Source: Candidatus Poribacteria bacterium (GTDB lineage: Bacteria > Poribacteria > WGA-4E > PCPOR2b). Taken from it: 64,000 nt of DNA. Under the pieces are notes generated by a model. That model did not search any database. It saw only the letters and a program-made list of their open reading frames with translations, and was not told where the DNA came from. Shown here piece after piece: positions 1-10,084 of the stretch. The position numbers and the translations under genes were made by a program. Within the stretch, counting starts at the first letter, position 1. Every line of letters begins with the position of its first letter. The stretch is from NCBI GenBank assembly GCA_965198175.1, contig OZ240245.1:1792001-1856000 (forward strand), given 5' to 3'.

Positions 1-164
1 AATCTCCGGTGGGATTGCTTAGAATGCTGCGGGAGTTTTGGGCTCCATTGTACGTTTGTGGGGTAGTCTTCCACAACAGGGGATGTGCTTCCGCAGCCGA
101 GGGTTAAAGCGATTATCGCAAAACATACGCATTGCCGCAAGTCTGTCTTGAACACCTGAAGCAC
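1..164 (-). CDS. Putative lipoprotein, 5' part only (runs off the window edge)
   Basis: My own translation of the minus strand from GTG at 164 gives MLQVFKTDLRQCVCFAIIALTLGCGSTSP..., with an LGC lipobox. A G-rich SD lies upstream and the frame is open to position 1. Confidence 0.4.
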   Translation of the reverse strand, partial: MLQVFKTDLRQCVCFAIIALTLGCGSTSPVVEDYPTNVQWSPKLPQHSKQSHRR

Positions 165-261
165 CTGAAAAATCACCCCCTTAAGTTTGAGGATGTTGAT
201 TCACGAAGCGTTATACGACTCTGTAAGAATAACCTCAACCTATATCATCAGCAGCATATTT

Positions 262-1251
262 TTACCGGAGATGGTCTATATAATCTTTGGCAGCTTTTAA
301 TCCAGCACCTGTGTGCTTCACAACTCGTTGCATCGCCTGAACCCTCTTTCCTTGGTTCAGCAACGATCGAATTTCCTGCTCTTCTGATGCTGATAATTCA
401 ATCTGTTTTGGGGAAGGATCCTGCGTGTCCACCGATTCCTTTGGTTTGTTGAGACAGCATTTTTTATATTTTTTGCCGCTTCCGCATGGACAAGGTTCAT
501 TTCTCCCGACTTTATCCTTCTTTCTGGTCTCTTGCGGCGAAACAACCGCTTTTAAACCAGGGAAAAACCGGTCTGCCAATGTTGGGTAATTAGCAGGGGT
601 AGATCTACGGCTTCTTAATCCCAATTCGATTTCTACATCTTCGATATCGCCATAGACTGCGTAGTCCACACAGTCTTCCTCATAAGCTTTTCGTATGCTT
701 GATATGGATTCCACTGCTTTCAGATCGATCATGTGAGCAATCAAGAGTGCATTGAAGTCGGGAGCTTGCTCCGTAAACCGGCCCAATTGCCGCGTCAGAA
801 TGGAAACACATTCTTCCCGCGCCGCTGGGATTGTGTCACCGATACGCTCTAGACCGTGAGCCGCACTAAGACGTGGATAGATGCCGTGAGAAGAATCCGC
901 TAGATACATAGCGAGCGCAGGTATTGCCTTGACACCAATCATGCCGTAAACTATGGGAAGCTCTTCACCTACCCAGTCATTCTCTTCTAATTCATGGAAC
1001 AAGCTCATCAACGGTTCAATCGCTTCTTCCGCTCGCAATTGCCCAAGAGTCCGCCAGGCATGCACAGGCGCCCATACTTCCAGACCGTCTGAGTCCGCCC
1101 AATTCAGCTCTTCGTCTGTAGCCATTCGAATCAATTCAGGAATGTGGTCTCGGGTGAGTCCGAGTTCCAGATAGTTTGGCCATTCCTGAGACTCACGACA
1201 ATCGCCATAAGTCAATAATTGGTTTACGGGGGATGTGTAGGTCGAATTCAT
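262..1251 (-). CDS. DUF1186-like helical protein with SEC-C Zn motif and C-terminal ribosomal L7/L12-CTD-like domain
   Basis: [24 protein letters not shown] motif; C-terminal [26 protein letters not shown] resembles the L7/L12 CTD. Confidence 0.8.
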   Translation of the reverse strand: MNSTYTSPVNQLLTYGDCRESQEWPNYLELGLTRDHIPELIRMATDEELNWADSDGLEVWAPVHAWRTLGQLRAEEAIEPLMSLFHELEENDWVGEELPIVYGMIGVKAIPALAMYLADSSHGIYPRLSAAHGLERIGDTIPAAREECVSILTRQLGRFTEQAPDFNALLIAHMIDLKAVESISSIRKAYEEDCVDYAVYGDIEDVEIELGLRSRRSTPANYPTLADRFFPGLKAVVSPQETRKKDKVGRNEPCPCGSGKKYKKCCLNKPKESVDTQDPSPKQIELSASEEQEIRSLLNQGKRVQAMQRVVKHTGAGLKAAKDYIDHLR

Positions 1252-1477
1252 CTGTTATTGCCCCACAAGTTATCACAGAACAGCGACAACCTGAAATGGG
1301 CGCTATCGGTGGAGTAGCGTGGTTTATGTTAAGAATTACTTTCCAAGCTAGCCTTGTTTAACGCTCTAAGGCTGCGGAGGAAAGACGCATCGTGCTTGAA
1401 CCTCCTACCATAAGTGCTTCAATCGCCCTGTTCTGGCGGATGAAAGAAGATAGATTTATCGTGAGGTGCTCGCCAAT

Positions 1478-2752
1478 TCACTGCACGATTTGGCGAGCTT
1501 TCCCCATCGTGATCCATTCTGTTTCCGGCGTTGTCGGTCGCAGTCGATAACGCAACTTTGCCTCAATTTGTGCTTGGCTGCCAATCTCATAGGTGAACTG
1601 CCGAGTTGCGCCCGGCTGTATGCGGTTATCGCTTCCACCTTCCCCCGACGTGCCGGAAATTGAAATTTGTTCATGGCAGATCACTGAGCCACCAGATTCG
1701 TAGATTTTCACATCAAGGAGAAGGTTGCGCGTCCACCCACCGGGGAGAACATGCCCTGACTTGTTGGTGATGTGAATCATCGCTTTACTCTTGGCGAAGG
1801 TAATTTCCAGATTCGCCGCGCTTTTTAGCATGTCAACGCTGCGACTCGCAATCCAGGTGTGACGCCCGCCTGGGATTGGCTCGTTACTCCGAAGGCTTTG
1901 TAATCGTTTAATGGCAGGCATGTGACAGGTCGCGCAGTGTTTACCTGCTTTTGCGGCGGGGCTATGCTTAAAGCTAGCCAGTTGATTGTATTCAGGAACA
2001 CTAGGCTGACCGTGACAGGTACCACAAAGTTCAGTAGGGTTCTGGTGAGCTTCATCGGTGATGTTGGCATGTACGAGAGCGTCAATGCTTGCCGGGGGAC
2101 CGTGCATCCCGCCCTTTGCATCTACATGACACACGAGGCAGGACACGCCAGAGCCTCGATCCGTCTCCCGCAACTTCGGCATCTTTTCGATTCCGGTAAT
2201 CAAAATCGGTTGAGGTGCATGGCATGGATCGCAGCTTTTTTCCCGATCAGGGATTCTTCCCGCAGTTTCTTGATAAATTGGATCCTTCCATGCCTGTGCA
2301 TGCCTAGATTTCTCCCACTCCCGCCAGATTGCCGGATGACAATTCCTGCACCTGCCTCTTTTGAATTCTTCATGAATACCATCGTACGCGAAATAGGCGC
2401 TACCGAGTTGTCGATCCGCATCCTCCCCGGTCCCGTTCGATTGTTGTGCGTTTGTAACAAATATCGGAGAGACACAAATCAGGATTATTAAGTTAATCAA
2501 TGTAACAGATGATGCGCATTGCTGTGTCCTCAAAGTATGAAACGCGAAAGGTGGAATAAGTCTTTTTCTCTCTCCCATTGTCCCCAACACCTTAGTCCTA
2601 TAGCTTGCTAAACTAAACTCGCTGGCAATAGAATCAATGGAAGACCCGTTAATTGAGCGTAACGCCTTCCTATAATACGTGCCTAGCCTTTCCCTTGGAA
2701 ACCAACTGAAATGACCGGCTTTCGAGTCATTAGAAGCGGATGGAGCAAGCAT
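1478..2752 (-). CDS. Exported multiheme (5 CxxCH) cytochrome c; true start probably near 2530
   Basis: CRNCH, CDPCH, CLVCH, CGTCH and CATCH motifs; hydrophobic signal-like segment LINLIILICVSPIFVTNA. Confidence 0.85.
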   Translation of the reverse strand: MLAPSASNDSKAGHFSWFPRERLGTYYRKALRSINGSSIDSIASEFSLASYRTKVLGTMGERKRLIPPFAFHTLRTQQCASSVTLINLIILICVSPIFVTNAQQSNGTGEDADRQLGSAYFAYDGIHEEFKRGRCRNCHPAIWREWEKSRHAQAWKDPIYQETAGRIPDREKSCDPCHAPQPILITGIEKMPKLRETDRGSGVSCLVCHVDAKGGMHGPPASIDALVHANITDEAHQNPTELCGTCHGQPSVPEYNQLASFKHSPAAKAGKHCATCHMPAIKRLQSLRSNEPIPGGRHTWIASRSVDMLKSAANLEITFAKSKAMIHITNKSGHVLPGGWTRNLLLDVKIYESGGSVICHEQISISGTSGEGGSDNRIQPGATRQFTYEIGSQAQIEAKLRYRLRPTTPETEWITMGKARQIVQ

Positions 2753-2779
2753 ACTTCGGTATTCACCGTATATTATATC

Positions 2780-4246
2780 TTAATCAACGACTCCCTTGGT
2801 ATGATCTGACGTGAGGTATTGCAACAGATCATACGCAGCTTGTTCTCCGCTATGGATGCAATCCGGAATGCCGATACCTTGGTAGGCGTTACCAGCAAGT
2901 GCAAGTCCGGGGAGTCTTTTCACTTGCGCTTTAATCTTCGCCGCTTTGTCCAGATGACCCAAATGATACTGTGCCATTGCGTCATTGTGTTTGCTCACGA
3001 TCGCCAGCGTTGGTTCCCCGTTAAATCCGAGCAGTTCCCGCAAATCCTCAAGGACTGATTCAACCATTTCGGATTCTGATTGGAGAAAGTAATTCGGTTG
3101 CAGCGCGCCTCCTACAAATGCCCTCAGAAGCACGCCATCCGCGGGTGCACGTCCGGAAAACTTGACACTGCTGAATGTACATCCCAAGATTGATCGTCCT
3201 TCGATGGCCGGAACGACAAAACCCGTACCATTTAGTGGATGTTCAATTTCTTTTCGGTGAAACGCCAGGTTGACTGCAGCAGAGGAGACGTAAGGAATGG
3301 AGGCGAGAAGGTCTGAAAGGTTGGGAACAACAGTTTTGATAAGCGTCGCGGCTCGCGGAGCGGGCAGCGCAATACAGACGAGATCTGCGTTCATGTTCTC
3401 CTGATTATTGAGATGGATACACCAGCCATCTCTGCTAACAAGCTGTTCAATCCGATTGACTTCTGCCCCAAGCTGTATAGAATCGTCAGGCAAACGCTCA
3501 ACAAGGGCGTCAATCAGCGTTTGCATCCCAGATTCAAGGGAAAGAAACAAGCTGTAGCGAGGACCGCTCGTACCGCTGATTTCTGCCTTGGATTGTTTCT
3601 TTGTCCCAATCAACGCTTTGATGATGCTTCCGTACTCTTGCTCCATCTCAAGGAATTGGGGCAACGTCGCTTTCAAACTCAGATGCTTTGCATCCCCTGT
3701 ATAAACTCCACCTATCATCGGTTGCGCTATCCGTGTGAATGCCTCTGTTCCCAATCGACGCTTGACGAAATGTTCTACGGACTCCTCTTGACCGTCCCGA
3801 CGACGCGGGATGCACAAATCCATCGCCATTCGCACCTTCCCTCTCCAAGTGAAAATTGGCGACTTTACAAATGGCAGAATCGACGCGGGTGCCATCATGT
3901 AAAAGCCTTCAGGAACGGGATGCAGCACGTCTTTGTGGAGGATAAAGCTGCGTCTTTGTTTCGGGTTCGTGCCAATAAGTTTATCGCCGATTCCAAGTTC
4001 TTCACACAACGCTTTCGCCCACGGCTTAGTGGAAATAAAGGCATCAGGACCGTGTTCGACGATGAAACCATCTTGTTTTGAGGTCTGGACAACGCCTCCG
4101 ACCCGATCACTCGCTTCCAACAGTTTAACATCAAGTGGAATGCCACGCTTATGGGATTCGGTACTCAAGCGGTTACAAGTCGCCAGTCCAGTGACGCCAC
4201 CGCCGATAACGACAGCTTGCCACACGTTGCCTCGCTTTACTGCCAT
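2780..4246 (-). CDS. hemY: HemY-type FAD-dependent copro/protoporphyrinogen oxidase
   Basis: GGGVTGL FAD motif, EASDRVGG, EHGPDAF and GIGIPDCI; clustered with hemE and hemH. Confidence 0.93.
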   Translation of the reverse strand: MAVKRGNVWQAVVIGGGVTGLATCNRLSTESHKRGIPLDVKLLEASDRVGGVVQTSKQDGFIVEHGPDAFISTKPWAKALCEELGIGDKLIGTNPKQRRSFILHKDVLHPVPEGFYMMAPASILPFVKSPIFTWRGKVRMAMDLCIPRRRDGQEESVEHFVKRRLGTEAFTRIAQPMIGGVYTGDAKHLSLKATLPQFLEMEQEYGSIIKALIGTKKQSKAEISGTSGPRYSLFLSLESGMQTLIDALVERLPDDSIQLGAEVNRIEQLVSRDGWCIHLNNQENMNADLVCIALPAPRAATLIKTVVPNLSDLLASIPYVSSAAVNLAFHRKEIEHPLNGTGFVVPAIEGRSILGCTFSSVKFSGRAPADGVLLRAFVGGALQPNYFLQSESEMVESVLEDLRELLGFNGEPTLAIVSKHNDAMAQYHLGHLDKAAKIKAQVKRLPGLALAGNAYQGIGIPDCIHSGEQAAYDLLQYLTSDHTKGVVD

Positions 4247-4324
4247 TGAATTTCTCCGTAACCACCGAACTGTTTTGCCTTTTGAAAAGGCGGCAAATCG
4301 TTTCCTAATCCCATATCTTGAGAC

Positions 4325-5137
4325 CTAACCCACATCACACCGGTGAAACGCCGCTCTTAACCCTTCAATCGGATTGCCTTTGGCGATAAATTCGTGACCA
4401 ACATAGAGGTCGTAGCCGGATTCTTCGATGGCTTGTATCACAGCCCGGCAGTTAATCTCCTGTGTTTCGTCCATATCCCCCCTGCCTGGATTACCGGCGA
4501 TGTGGAAGTGTCCAATATACTGGATGTTCTCCTTAATATTGCGGATGAGATCCCCCTCCATAATTTGCATATGATAGATGTCAAAGAGAAGCTTCATCCG
4601 AGGTGAGTTCACACGCTCACACACCGCTATGCCCCATTCGACATGATCGCACTGGTAACCGGGACAATCGATTTTACTATTGAGCAGTTCCAAGCAGAGG
4701 TTCACCTCTTTTTCTTCTGCAACGCCGATAATCCGGCTCAATCCTTCCACGGTGATATCAATTCCTTCTGCATCGGAAATGTCGTTGTACCGGTTACCGG
4801 CAAAGCAGATTACGCTGGGAACATCGTTTGCAGCGGCGAGCTCAATGTATTCGATAAGCTCTTGACCGAGCCAACCGTGGTTTTCGCGTCTGTTTAGCCC
4901 GATTGAGTGCACTGGCTGCCCCGATCGGAGTCCTGACCGGTAGATAATCGCAATCTGGAGTCCCAGCGATCTCGCCAACGACCAATATTTTTGATCGATC
5001 ATCTCGACCGCTGACAGACCAATCTCGGCTGCGCCTCTGATAAATTGATCGGGGGTAGTACCGTTTCGAATAAAACACCATGCAGCTGCGGATTGCTTGA
5101 CTTTCGTCATCTTGCTCTCTTCTCTGCTTAACAGCAC
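4325..5137 (-). CDS. Hydroxypyruvate isomerase family TIM-barrel protein
   Basis: LELLN, LLFDIYHMQIMEGDLI, GHFHIAGNPGR and VGHEF motifs. Confidence 0.85.
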   Translation of the reverse strand: MLLSREESKMTKVKQSAAAWCFIRNGTTPDQFIRGAAEIGLSAVEMIDQKYWSLARSLGLQIAIIYRSGLRSGQPVHSIGLNRRENHGWLGQELIEYIELAAANDVPSVICFAGNRYNDISDAEGIDITVEGLSRIIGVAEEKEVNLCLELLNSKIDCPGYQCDHVEWGIAVCERVNSPRMKLLFDIYHMQIMEGDLIRNIKENIQYIGHFHIAGNPGRGDMDETQEINCRAVIQAIEESGYDLYVGHEFIAKGNPIEGLRAAFHRCDVG

Positions 5138-5152
5138 CGGTATTCTTCAGCT

Positions 5153-6382
5153 TTATCTGAACGCTCTCCACCTCCAGGTTGGGGTGTCCGAATAGTTAAA
5201 CTTGATTTTATCGCCCGGCTCCAAGAGAAATGTCTGACCAGCGGAAAGTCCAGCTGCCAGAGTCTGCGCGTTGCCCCCGGCATCAACAATCGTCCAATCT
5301 AAAACCTGTCCAGGTGTTAGAATGAAAACTTGTACCAGATAGGCGGAAGTGTTTACGAGATATGTTCCTGAAGCGGGTACCGCTGGAGTGGAAACGTTAA
5401 AACCGACAGGCTCATTTTGTATGATTCGATTGGTGGGAATCTTCGCCTTATTTGTGATGCCGTGCGGTAGGTTCCAGACAGATACTGTGTTGTCTCTCGC
5501 TTCCGCTTCAAAAATGATGTCATTCCCAGGTGCTCGACTTCCATGGAACGCGAATTCAAAACGGTTATTTTGGGCGAAGATATCCGCCCCAATTGCACCC
5601 GCTGAAGGTTCAAACACTTCTGGGGTCGTGAACTTTTTCGTCTCTTCATCAAAATACACACCCGTGGGCGCATGCAGAGACGAAAAAAAACGATTATGGG
5701 AAATTTTACTAGATCCAGGGTCCCCTATGCGGAAGCCAATGGCGTCCTCGGTAGCATGGCATTGGTTGGTAAACATTACCTGTAACCAATTGTTGCTAAA
5801 AGCCCCCTTCCCCGAACCGTCGTCTCGTATATAGACTCCTTTGCTAAAGGTGTTTGTTTCTTCAGCGAAAATCTTACTATTAATAATTGGTCCTTCGGAA
5901 GTGTCGATTAATATGCCAGTCCCACGTGAGCATGCCGCTGAAAAATCAAACACGCTGGCGGTGATTACAACAAAATCATCAGGACCGGGGGTTTCAGGCT
6001 TAAAACGGACTGCAGCGCCATCGGAGGCGCTGGCAATGAGACCAAACTTGTACCTGCAGTTCATTTGGCTGTCGATGTGAATCGCATCCCCGGAGCTTTT
6101 TGGATATGATAGGACGTAATTACCGCCATCCAATCGGAAATCCTGGCTCCAGGGAACTTTCAACGTTTCATCAAGCGTATAAACGTTGAGGTTCACGCCT
6201 TCTCCTTCATGCATACCGCCTCGACCTCCGTAGATATAGACATCTCTACAGTTGTCATGCGCGTAGTCTATGGCCTCTTGAAGGCCGCTCGTTTTGGTAC
6301 CCGGTGTGTTCGGCCCAAAATCGCCGCCGTCATCCGGTCCTTCAAGTGTCACAAAGACATAAGGTTTGCGCCTTTCGTTCAT
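5153..6382 (-). CDS. Hypothetical protein, probable beta-helix fold
   Basis: 409-aa ORF in an operon context; SGLQEAIDY start typical of pectin-lyase-like proteins; similar to the ORF at 43498-44487. Confidence 0.65.
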   Translation of the reverse strand: MNERRKPYVFVTLEGPDDGGDFGPNTPGTKTSGLQEAIDYAHDNCRDVYIYGGRGGMHEGEGVNLNVYTLDETLKVPWSQDFRLDGGNYVLSYPKSSGDAIHIDSQMNCRYKFGLIASASDGAAVRFKPETPGPDDFVVITASVFDFSAACSRGTGILIDTSEGPIINSKIFAEETNTFSKGVYIRDDGSGKGAFSNNWLQVMFTNQCHATEDAIGFRIGDPGSSKISHNRFFSSLHAPTGVYFDEETKKFTTPEVFEPSAGAIGADIFAQNNRFEFAFHGSRAPGNDIIFEAEARDNTVSVWNLPHGITNKAKIPTNRIIQNEPVGFNVSTPAVPASGTYLVNTSAYLVQVFILTPGQVLDWTIVDAGGNAQTLAAGLSAGQTFLLEPGDKIKFNYSDTPTWRWRAFR

Positions 6383-6404
6383 TTTGTTACCTCCATGTTT
6401 TTTG

Positions 6405-7370
6405 TTAAATCATATTGCATCTTTTGCATACAAGTTCTGCCAGCATGTTGATAAATTGGGGATGATCGCCGACTGTCCTGGCGCGAATAAAATGGATTCC
6501 ACATTCGTCGGCAGTCGATTTGGCTTCTATGTCGAGGTCGTAGAGCACCTCGACGTGATCACACAGGAATCCAATCGGAGACACAATAACGTCATGAACT
6601 CCTAATTGTTTTTTCTCTCGAATTAGGTCATTGATATCGGGCTGCGTCCAAGGAATGTTTGTATTTTCGGCTTGACTCTGATATGCGAGATTGTAATCCT
6701 TCTTACCGATTAGGGTAGCTACAGCCTTCGCAGTTTCATCGAACTGCTGGGCGTATGGCGAGGTTTTCGCGACAGATTGTGGGACAGCATGCGCGGTAAA
6801 AATTAAGGACGCCTTATCGCGGCGGTCTTTTGCCAGATTCTTGCTGGCAACATCAATCTGATTGGTGATGGCGCGAATGTAGCCCGGATTCGTGTACCAG
6901 GGAACTAAGTAGCTTATTGTTGGCTGCTCCACATCTAACGCCTCTATCGCTTCGTTCACTGTTTGCTGATACCAATCCCAACTTACCTTAGACTGATGAG
7001 GTGCCATGATGATGCCCAGTATTCTACGATGCTTTTTTCCGGCCATCGCCGCAATCACTTCGTGAATGTGCGGCATCCAATGCCGAAATCCAGCGTAGAC
7101 GGGCAAATCAGCTCCCCTGTTCTTCAAATTCGATTCAATCGCCTCAGCTTGTTTGAAGGTGAGTTCGTTAAAAGGAGAAAAACCACCGAGCGCGACGTAG
7201 TGGCTGGTAACTTCTCTGAGCCGCTCCGATCGAGACGCCGCTGTACCGACAATTCCCTCGACGAAACAGTACGCTTCCCCCGGGCAGGCGTCATATTTAT
7301 GGCAGCAACCGGGTGTTGGACCTCCAAATGCGATTAATAATATACTATCATATCCGTTGACATTGGTCAT
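6405..7370 (-). CDS. hemH: Ferrochelatase (coproporphyrin-ferrochelatase type)
   Basis: LLIAFGGP, GGFSP, FTAHAVP (catalytic His) and PIGFLCDHVEVLYDLD motifs. Confidence 0.93.
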   Translation of the reverse strand: MTNVNGYDSILLIAFGGPTPGCCHKYDACPGEAYCFVEGIVGTAASRSERLREVTSHYVALGGFSPFNELTFKQAEAIESNLKNRGADLPVYAGFRHWMPHIHEVIAAMAGKKHRRILGIIMAPHQSKVSWDWYQQTVNEAIEALDVEQPTISYLVPWYTNPGYIRAITNQIDVASKNLAKDRRDKASLIFTAHAVPQSVAKTSPYAQQFDETAKAVATLIGKKDYNLAYQSQAENTNIPWTQPDINDLIREKKQLGVHDVIVSPIGFLCDHVEVLYDLDIEAKSTADECGIHFIRARTVGDHPQFINMLAELVCKRCNMI

Positions 7371-7484
7371 TCTGTTTGTTGTCTCTTTAGCGCCATACGT
7401 TAAACGCAGCGTGTATTACTACTGATGAATTACTTGCAATTTTCATTGTGTCACATTTAATGGTGTTGGTGCGTAGCCGCGGGT

Positions 7485-8942
7485 TCAAGCGATATTCGCC
7501 AGTTGAGCCGGCATAAACTTCGGATCTGCCGCAATTGCTTTGGCAAAAGTGGCTTTCGCCTGCGTCTCATCACCGTTGGTGCGGTGTGCGAGTCCCACGC
7601 ATAAAAAGGCTTGAGCGAGTTGTGTATTTGTGAGATTCAGATTCAGCGCTCGACGAATATGTCGCAATCCAGGCGCGGGATCGTCTCCATTGCGATGAGC
7701 GGTTGTAATGAGCGACTGACCGATTAAGAGCAGAGCAGGGACATGAGTTGGGTCTAATTCCAATGCCCTTTTTATGGCGTTTTTCGCTTCTGCGAAAAAA
7801 TCTCCTTTTTCCAAGATACTTGATATAATACGGGAACTCCGGTACAGCAATCCGGCAAGTTCCACCCATGTGGCGGGATTGTCGGGATACCGTCGTGTCG
7901 ACTCACGCAGCATCTCAACTGCTAACCCGATGGCGCCGCCTTCCTCCGCTTCTTCAGACGCCTGGCGGTAGCCTTCGTAATTCTCAAGCCCGATTGTTCT
8001 CGCCTCGACTTCAGCTTCATCTGCCGAAGGAATCGCCGATGGTTTCAGATGTTGCCACCCCGGCTCTGGATCGTCAATCAATCCACGATACACACGCAAG
8101 ATTGCGTAACGGGGTGTTCCCCAGACCTCAGCGATTTGGGTAATCCAGTCGGGCAACGCCTCCTCCAGATCTGATAAGAGTTCAGGCAAGCTCATGCCAC
8201 GCTCAACTCGCTCTGCGACTTCCTTGAGGAAATAAGCTTCAATCTGAATCAAGAAATCTATCTCCGCGTCATGTGCCAGGGGTCCATGTCCCGGCAGCAC
8301 ATGTTTCGGCTGATAGGTTCTCAGTTCCCGAATGGTATCTATCCAATCGTGGTTTGCCGTGAGTCCCTCATTCATCACCGGTTGACCAAAGATGGGAAAG
8401 CTGCCCGTCATAATTGTGTCGCCAGAGATGATACAGCCTTCTCTTGGGATACGAACGGCTGTTGCATCATCGGTTTCCGCTTTGCCGAGGTGAATGAGGT
8501 GGAGGGGCTGACTACCGAGATCGATTTCCGTTTCTATTGAGAAGGTCTGATCGGGCAGATAAGGATCATCTCCCAACTCAAATCCGCGTGATTGGAGAAA
8601 CGCTTTTTGACGAGGGGCACGGTTGACGATAAATTCTTTCGTCTTTGCCCTTGAGAGAATCGTTGCTCCCTCGGCGTGGAAGATGAAATTTCCATTGGTG
8701 TGGTCCCAATGGTAGTGCGTATTGATGGTGTAAAGGATTGGTTTTTCGGTTACGGTGCGAACCGCCTGAAGCAAGCGACGTGCCATTGGTTGATTGACCT
8801 GTGTGTCAATCACAGCTACGCCGTTATCGCCGATAACAACGGATGAATTGACAATGTTGCGAAAGAGATAGACACGGTCAGTGACTTTTTCGAGGCTGCC
8901 ATAACCCCTTGGGGCATAGGGATTTTCTCGCGGTGGTGTCAT
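7485..8942 (-). CDS. Metallo-beta-lactamase-fold hydrolase with C-terminal TPR repeats
   Basis: THYHWDH, SGDT and PGHG motifs; C-terminal TPR-like helices (AIKRALELDP, FAKAIAADP). Confidence 0.85.
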   Translation of the reverse strand: MTPPRENPYAPRGYGSLEKVTDRVYLFRNIVNSSVVIGDNGVAVIDTQVNQPMARRLLQAVRTVTEKPILYTINTHYHWDHTNGNFIFHAEGATILSRAKTKEFIVNRAPRQKAFLQSRGFELGDDPYLPDQTFSIETEIDLGSQPLHLIHLGKAETDDATAVRIPREGCIISGDTIMTGSFPIFGQPVMNEGLTANHDWIDTIRELRTYQPKHVLPGHGPLAHDAEIDFLIQIEAYFLKEVAERVERGMSLPELLSDLEEALPDWITQIAEVWGTPRYAILRVYRGLIDDPEPGWQHLKPSAIPSADEAEVEARTIGLENYEGYRQASEEAEEGGAIGLAVEMLRESTRRYPDNPATWVELAGLLYRSSRIISSILEKGDFFAEAKNAIKRALELDPTHVPALLLIGQSLITTAHRNGDDPAPGLRHIRRALNLNLTNTQLAQAFLCVGLAHRTNGDETQAKATFAKAIAADPKFMPAQLANIA

Positions 8943-8978
8943 GTGTTTCCCTCAGATTGATGATGGGTTTTTGGCGGT

Positions 8979-10031
8979 TCATTTATCCCAGACATACGCT
9001 TTGCCAGCCTCCACAAAATGTTTCACATTTTCGAATGGGGTATCGCGGTGAAGCCCGTGGTTGAGATTCAGGATATGGCCAATCTTGCCGACCTGTCGCA
9101 GGCATCGGTTGACAGCAACCGTAATGTCATCGGCTGTACCGTCTCGGAGGATTTTATTGTCCACATTTCCTTGAAAGGCGACTTGCCCCGCAGCTTGCGC
9201 CTGTGCTTCTGCGAGATCTACGCATGTTCCGACGCTCAAAACGTCCGCACCGCTTTTCAGCATGAGATCCAAGTGAGGGCATTCTCTCGTAAATAGAATA
9301 GATATCGCACTGGAATTTAACTCAGCGAAGATTTGTTCGTGATAAGGCTGGACAAAGGATTCATAGCACATGCGATCAATGCCATCTGCGATGGATTCAA
9401 AGAGTTGCACTATTTGCGCGCCTTCTGAAATTTGGTAGTTCAGATAATCAATTGTCAGTTGCGTCAAGCGTGTCAACAGATTATGAAACAGACGCGGTTC
9501 CTCACGCATCAACTGAAAAACGACGATCGATTCGTTTGAGACCCCATTTCCCTGATTCATGGGGCTTTTGCCTGCAACCATGAAAAAAGCCAGTGTCAGC
9601 GGGGCACCGGCAAAACCGACTACTGGTAATTCGCCATCCAGCCCCTGACGCAGCCCGTTCAAGATTTTCCCAACAAATTTCAGGTCTGCTGATGGCTGGA
9701 CGGGGCGTAGTGCCTCGATTTGTGCTCGCGTACGAATCGGTGTTGCCAATACGGGCCCCGGTGCAAATCGGAAGTGCACCCCCATTGGGGTAAGCGGGGT
9801 TAGAATGTCCTGATACATGATGATTGCATCAACTCCGATGCGTTGCGGCAAAAGCGAAATTTCAATTGCCCGCTCGACATCCTGAAATAGGTGTTCTAAG
9901 GGGACTTGTGCACGCTTGCGTAAAGCCCGATAAGCCGGATCTGAACGCCCGGCTTGACGCATCATCCAGACCGGTACCCGTTCCACTGGAAGTCGGCGCG
10001 CCGCACGAAGCAGGAGGTCATTATTTGGCAT
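8979..10031 (-). CDS. hemE: Uroporphyrinogen decarboxylase
   Basis: PVWMMRQAGR, GFAGAPLT and HILNLNHG signatures. Confidence 0.95.
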   Translation of the reverse strand: MPNNDLLLRAARRLPVERVPVWMMRQAGRSDPAYRALRKRAQVPLEHLFQDVERAIEISLLPQRIGVDAIIMYQDILTPLTPMGVHFRFAPGPVLATPIRTRAQIEALRPVQPSADLKFVGKILNGLRQGLDGELPVVGFAGAPLTLAFFMVAGKSPMNQGNGVSNESIVVFQLMREEPRLFHNLLTRLTQLTIDYLNYQISEGAQIVQLFESIADGIDRMCYESFVQPYHEQIFAELNSSAISILFTRECPHLDLMLKSGADVLSVGTCVDLAEAQAQAAGQVAFQGNVDNKILRDGTADDITVAVNRCLRQVGKIGHILNLNHGLHRDTPFENVKHFVEAGKAYVWDK

Positions 10032-10084
10032 GGGCCTTGTAATCGTTTTTGAGTTGACAGCGGGTTAATGATTTTTCCATAACC

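Noticed and set aside
3413..4081. Long antisense or shadow ORFs (also 1922-2491, 22201-22899, 23336-23956, 28038-28652, 48338-48955)
   Set aside because: They overlap well-supported genes on the other strand and carry no motifs.
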